Source: Capsulimonadaceae bacterium (GTDB taxonomy: Bacteria; Armatimonadota; Armatimonadia; Armatimonadales; Capsulimonadaceae). Taken from it: a DNA stretch of 64,000 nucleotides. The stretch lies in contig OZ244065.1 in the NCBI GenBank assembly GCA_965215505.1, positions 4,736,001 to 4,800,000 on the forward strand. The letters run 5' to 3'. The notes under the pieces were generated by a model. The model worked only from the letters and a program-made list of their open reading frames with translations. It had not been told where the DNA came from and searched no databases. Below, piece after piece: positions 59,784 through 64,000 of the stretch (position 1 is the first letter of the stretch; every line of letters begins with the position of its first letter). Made by a program: the position numbers and the translations under genes.

Positions 59784-62333
59784 ATGCCCAAAGAAGCCAA
59801 AGCGCGCATCAAGATCAATAAACTGCTGGAAGAGGCCGGATGGCGCTTCTTCGACGATGAGAACGGCCCGGCAAACATTGCCCTAGAGCCGAACGTCAAG
59901 CTCACGCAGACAAAAGTGGATGCTCTCGGGCAGGACTTCGAAACCGCCATGAACGGCTTCATTGATTTCCTGCTGCTGGACGCCAATGGTTTCCCCGTCG
60001 CCGTACTCGAAGCCAAGGCGGAGGATAAAAACCCACTCATCGGCAAGGAGCAGGCCCGAAAGTACGCCAGAGCGCAGGACTGCCGCTTTGTGATCCTCTC
60101 CAACGGCGACCTGCATTATTTCTGGGACTTGCTCCACGGCAACCCCCACCAGATCACCGACTTCCCCCAGCCGGACTCCATCCAAACCCGCACCACCTTC
60201 CAGCCCAGCCCCGACAATCTCGTCGCCGAGCCGGTGGGGCGGGATTACATCGCGCTGACCCAGATGCCGGGCTACGCGCAGGAAGTCGGCTGGAAAGACG
60301 AGGTCGAGCGGCCCGCGTTTTTGGAGAAGAACAAACTGCGGCTGCTGCGCCGGTATCAGGAGCAGGCCGTTCATAAGCTGCAAGCGGCGGTCCAGGCCGG
60401 CAAAGATCGGTTCCTGTTCGAGATGGCGACCGGCACCGGCAAGACCCTCACGTCGGCGGCCGTCATCAAGCTCTTCCTGCGGAGCGGCAACGCCCGCCGG
60501 GTCCTGTTCCTGGTGGACCGCCTGGAACTCGAAGACCAGGCTGACAAAGCCTTCACGGCACTGCTGAAGAATGATTTCAGTTCCGTGATCTACAAGGAGA
60601 AGCGGGACGAGTGGCGCAAAGCGGAGATCGTTGTCACCACGGTACAGTCTCTGCTTCACAACAACCGCTTCAAATCTCTCTTCTCGCCGACCGACTTTGA
60701 CCTCGTGATCTCCGATGAAGCCCACCGCTCGATCAGCGGGGACGCCCGCGCCGTCTTTGAATATTTCGTCGGCTACAAGCTGGGCCTGACGGCTACGCCC
60801 AAAGACTACCTGCGGAAGAATCACCAGGCCACCCCTGCCACACGCGACCCGCGCGAGATCGAGCGCCGGCACCTGCTGGACACCTACAAGACCTTTGGCT
60901 GCGACTCCGGCGAGCCGACCTTCCGGTACACGCTGCTGCAAGGCGTTGAAGATGGGTATCTCATCAACCCGATTGTGGTGGATGCCCGCACGGATGTCAC
61001 GACCGAGTTGATCTCGGAAGAGGGCTACGCGGTGATCGTGGCCTCGGAAGAGGAAGGGGAACCCGAGGGGGAAGCGACGTTCGTTCACAAGGACTTTGAG
61101 AAAAAGTTCTTTTCCGAGCCGACCAACCGCCTCTTCTGCGAGACGTTCCTCAAGAACGCGCTGCGGGACCCGATCAGCGGCGAGATCGGCAAAACCCTCG
61201 TGTTCGCCGTCAGCCAGAACCACGCGGCGAAGCTGACCCAGATCCTCAACGAGATGGCGGATGCCCTGTTCCCTGGCAAGTACCAGTCTGATTTTGCCGT
61301 GCAGGTCACGTCCCAGGTTGACCATGCCCAGCAGTTCACGATCAACTTCACCAACAACACCCTGCTCGGCTCAGGCAACTTCCTGGACAGCTACAAGACC
61401 AGCAAAGCCCGCGTCTGCGTTACTGTCGGCATGATGACGACGGGCTACGACTGCCCCGACCTGCTCAACCTCGCCCTGATGCGTCCGATCTTCTCCCCCG
61501 CTGACTTCGTGCAGATCAAAGGACGCGGCACCCGCAAGCACCGGTTTACCGATGAGCTGTTCGATGCCGCCTCAAGAGCCGACGTGGCCCACCCGGATAA
61601 GCTGCACTATAAGCTCTTTGACTTCTTCGCCAACTGCGAATACTTCGAGGAGAAGTTCGTCTACAATGAGGTCCTGAAGCTGCCGCGCCTCAGCAGCCCG
61701 CGGAAGATCAGGGAGAACACGGACGGCGATCAAGGCGGTGCGTATCAGTACGGCTATGAGTACGCCGGCCCGGACGACGTGCAGACCTTCACCGAAACCC
61801 AGATCGGGCTGGACGGCATGAAGATCGACCGGATGCTGTTCCAGAAGTTTGAAAAGGCCGTGACCGGCGATGCCGCAGTCCAGGCCCTGGTGGACGATGA
61901 CCGCTGGGAGCAGGCGGCCACTTATGTCGTGGAACACCTGCTGGATAAGCCCGCCGAATACTTCACCCTGGACAAGCTCCGCAAGGCCGCCGGCATAGAC
62001 CGGCGGCTCGGCCTGCGCGAGATCCTGGAAAAAGCCTTCGGGCGCATCAGCCGCTTCAAGTCCAAAGACGAGCTGCTGGAAGAGGAGTTCGGCAAGTTCC
62101 TCCTGACCAACCATGTCACCGAGGTCGAGAACATGGCCGCCCTGCGCTACTTCTTCAAAGCGTATGCCACCGACAGCCACCTGCGCCAGATCCTCGACAG
62201 CGGCGAGTTGACCAAACTGAACACGAACCCCACGCTCACGGTTTCCGACTTCAAAGCCGTGCCGGAGGAATGGCGGAAGCGCCTCCCCGAGTACATCAAA
62301 GACTACGTCTCGCTTAACTCGTTCCTGTCGTGA
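59784..62333 (+). CDS. hsdR: type I restriction endonuclease R subunit (EcoAI-like)
   Basis: D..L...LEAK nuclease motif, MATGTGKT, DEAHRS, LTATP, TTGYD, QIKGRGTR. Confidence 0.9.
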   Translation: MPKEAKARIKINKLLEEAGWRFFDDENGPANIALEPNVKLTQTKVDALGQDFETAMNGFIDFLLLDANGFPVAVLEAKAEDKNPLIGKEQARKYARAQDCRFVILSNGDLHYFWDLLHGNPHQITDFPQPDSIQTRTTFQPSPDNLVAEPVGRDYIALTQMPGYAQEVGWKDEVERPAFLEKNKLRLLRRYQEQAVHKLQAAVQAGKDRFLFEMATGTGKTLTSAAVIKLFLRSGNARRVLFLVDRLELEDQADKAFTALLKNDFSSVIYKEKRDEWRKAEIVVTTVQSLLHNNRFKSLFSPTDFDLVISDEAHRSISGDARAVFEYFVGYKLGLTATPKDYLRKNHQATPATRDPREIERRHLLDTYKTFGCDSGEPTFRYTLLQGVEDGYLINPIVVDARTDVTTELISEEGYAVIVASEEEGEPEGEATFVHKDFEKKFFSEPTNRLFCETFLKNALRDPISGEIGKTLVFAVSQNHAAKLTQILNEMADALFPGKYQSDFAVQVTSQVDHAQQFTINFTNNTLLGSGNFLDSYKTSKARVCVTVGMMTTGYDCPDLLNLALMRPIFSPADFVQIKGRGTRKHRFTDELFDAASRADVAHPDKLHYKLFDFFANCEYFEEKFVYNEVLKLPRLSSPRKIRENTDGDQGGAYQYGYEYAGPDDVQTFTETQIGLDGMKIDRMLFQKFEKAVTGDAAVQALVDDDRWEQAATYVVEHLLDKPAEYFTLDKLRKAAGIDRRLGLREILEKAFGRISRFKSKDELLEEEFGKFLLTNHVTEVENMAALRYFFKAYATDSHLRQILDSGELTKLNTNPTLTVSDFKAVPEEWRKRLPEYIKDYVSLNSFLS

Positions 62334-62347
62334 CGGAGTCGCAAGCC

Positions 62348-63210
62348 GAGTCCCCTCCCGTCTCGTCCCTCGCCACCCTCCCCACTCCGTGGAGAGGGTT
62401 AGCAAAGAAACACAGGGGCGACGGGGCGCGGTCGGAAAAAGAAGCGGTATTTCCGTTGCCGGCACCAATCATCCGGCATCTTAACCCTCTCCACGGAGTG
62501 GGGAGGGTGGCGAGGGACGAGACGGGAGGGGACTCCTTTTCCCCTGCCCAGGCCAAGGAGAGCCCTATGACACCCGAAGAAGCGCGGCGGCGCGAAGAGG
62601 CCCGAAACAACCGGCAGATGCAGTGGAGGCTGGCCCGCGAGGCCCGACGGGAGCCGACTCCCGCTGAGAAGGCGCTCTGGGAGCGGGTGCGCGCCCACCG
62701 CTGCGGTGGCCTGAGCATCCGGCGGCAGACCCTCGTCGGCCCGTTCCGCCTCGACTTCTACTGCCCCGCCAAGAAGCTGGTCATCGAGGTAGACGGCGGC
62801 ATCCATCAAGAGCCGGAGGTCGCCCGCCGGGACCGCGACCGGCAGCAGGCCCTGGAACACGACTTCGGCTTCCGATTCCTGCGGCTGACCAACGACGTCG
62901 TACTCAGGCGGCCGGACGAAGCCGTCGCCGCCATCCTGGCCGCCGCCCGTGCGTCAGAGGACATGTCAGAGGATGTGGAGGACGCGGAATAGGAAGCCGG
63001 AGTCCCCTCCCGTCTCGTTCCTCGCCACCCTCCCCACTCCGTGGAGAGGGTTGGAAGTTAGGAAAGAGGGGGTGCGCGGGTGAGTAGGCGTGGCCCCACG
63101 CGCCGACCCACACGCCGACCCCACATGGCAGCGCCGCATGAATCCTCGTCTTATCTTGACCTTCTCCACGCAGTGGGGAGGGTGGCGAGGAACGAGACGG
63201 GAGGGGACTC
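62348..63210. repeat. four copies of a ~53-bp REP-like element in two inverted doublets flanking the DUF559 gene
   Basis: GAGTCCCCTCCCGTCTCGT[C/T]CCTCGCCACCCTCCCCACTCCGTGGAGAGGGTT at 62348 (+), 62483 (-), 63000 (+) and ~63159 (-). Confidence 0.9.
62567..62992 (+). CDS. DUF559 / Vsr-like endonuclease
   Basis: TPAEKALW, RRQ..GPFRLDFYC, IEVDGGIH, RFLRLTN; AAGGAG RBS. Confidence 0.88.
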   Translation: MTPEEARRREEARNNRQMQWRLAREARREPTPAEKALWERVRAHRCGGLSIRRQTLVGPFRLDFYCPAKKLVIEVDGGIHQEPEVARRDRDRQQALEHDFGFRFLRLTNDVVLRRPDEAVAAILAAARASEDMSEDVEDAE

Positions 63211-63278
63211 CCTTCCGCTTTCCTCCCAGTGGCCGCCGCTTCCCAGTGGCCGCCGCTTCACCTTGAAAGTCCTACTAT

Positions 63279-64000
63279 ATGCTAGACTCCGTCACCAAAC
63301 GCCGCATTGACTCCTGCCGGGATATTCTTGTCGGCAAAGTGCCCGATCCCAAATCCCAGGTCGAACAGATCACCATCGCCCTCATCTACAAGTTCATGGA
63401 CGACATGGATGCCGAGTCGGAACTACTCGGTGGCAGGCGCTCCTTTTTTGCCGGGGACTTCGCCAAGTACGGCTGGGCCAAGCTGCTCTCCCCCGCCGTC
63501 GGCGGCTTCGACATGATCGCCCTTTACAGCGAAGCCATCGCCAAGATGCCCCAGAACCCCGGCGTTCCGACCCTCTTCCGCGACATCTTCAAGAACGCCT
63601 ACCTGCCGTACCGCGACCCCGAAACCCTGCGCGCCTTCCTCAAGGAGATCAACGGCTTTACCTACGAACACTCCGAGAAGCTGGGCGATGCCTTCGAGTA
63701 CCTGCTGTCCGTGCTGGGCAGCCAGGGCGATGCCGGCCAGTTCCGTACCCCACGCCACATCATCGACTTCATCGTGTCCGTCGTGGACCCCCAGAAGGAA
63801 GATACCGTCCTCGACCCCGCCTGCGGCACGGCCGGCTTCCTGATCTCCTCCTACAAGCATATCCTCCAGGCCAATGGGAAGGACCGGCCCGGCGATCTGC
63901 TCACCGCCGACGAGCGCATCCGACTGGCCAAGAACCTGACCGGCTACGACATTTCCCCCGATATGGTCCGGCTCTCCCTCGCCAATCTCTACCTGCATGG
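63279..64000 (+). CDS. hsdM: type I R-M N6-adenine methyltransferase (runs off the window end)
   Basis: Manual translation gives MLDSVTKRRID...LGDAFEYLL...GQFRTPRHI...LDPACGTAGFL. Confidence 0.9.
   Translation, partial: MLDSVTKRRIDSCRDILVGKVPDPKSQVEQITIALIYKFMDDMDAESELLGGRRSFFAGDFAKYGWAKLLSPAVGGFDMIALYSEAIAKMPQNPGVPTLFRDIFKNAYLPYRDPETLRAFLKEINGFTYEHSEKLGDAFEYLLSVLGSQGDAGQFRTPRHIIDFIVSVVDPQKEDTVLDPACGTAGFLISSYKHILQANGKDRPGDLLTADERIRLAKNLTGYDISPDMVRLSLANLYLH

Noticed and set aside
62330-62566. N-terminal extension of the DUF559 protein
   Set aside because: It is translated REP sequence; the RBS supports ATG 62567

Overview
This is a 64 kb window from a high-GC bacterial chromosome. Gene content is reminiscent of Armatimonadota, but that is an unverified impression. 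The backbone is mostly metabolic: two CRTAC1/ASPIC-UnbV proteins, a NitT/TauT ABC transporter, an HxlR-DoxX-LLM-AzoR redox module, ispH, a VapBC-type TA pair, larC/larB/larE, three related aldo-keto reductases (two with Tat signals), two beta-galactosidase-like glycosidases, oxalate decarboxylase, tatC, a ubiquitin-like sulfur-carrier cysteine-synthesis operon, and the start of a type I R-M locus. The most notable feature is a minus-strand integron gene-cassette array at about 38850-43674. It has ten 97-100 bp attC sites and no integrase in the window (a CALIN). One cassette has no ORF. It carries a tRNA-shaped RNA whose anticodon loop is replaced by a 54-nt structured insert, preceded by a 4x25-bp repeat. 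Secondary candidates are a possible link between the nickel-pincer cofactor genes (larBCE) and the Tat-exported AKRs, a REP-flanked DUF559 nuclease sitting between hsdR and hsdM, and a MITE-like element with an internal VNTR. All protein-family calls come from motif recognition by eye; no database searches were run.
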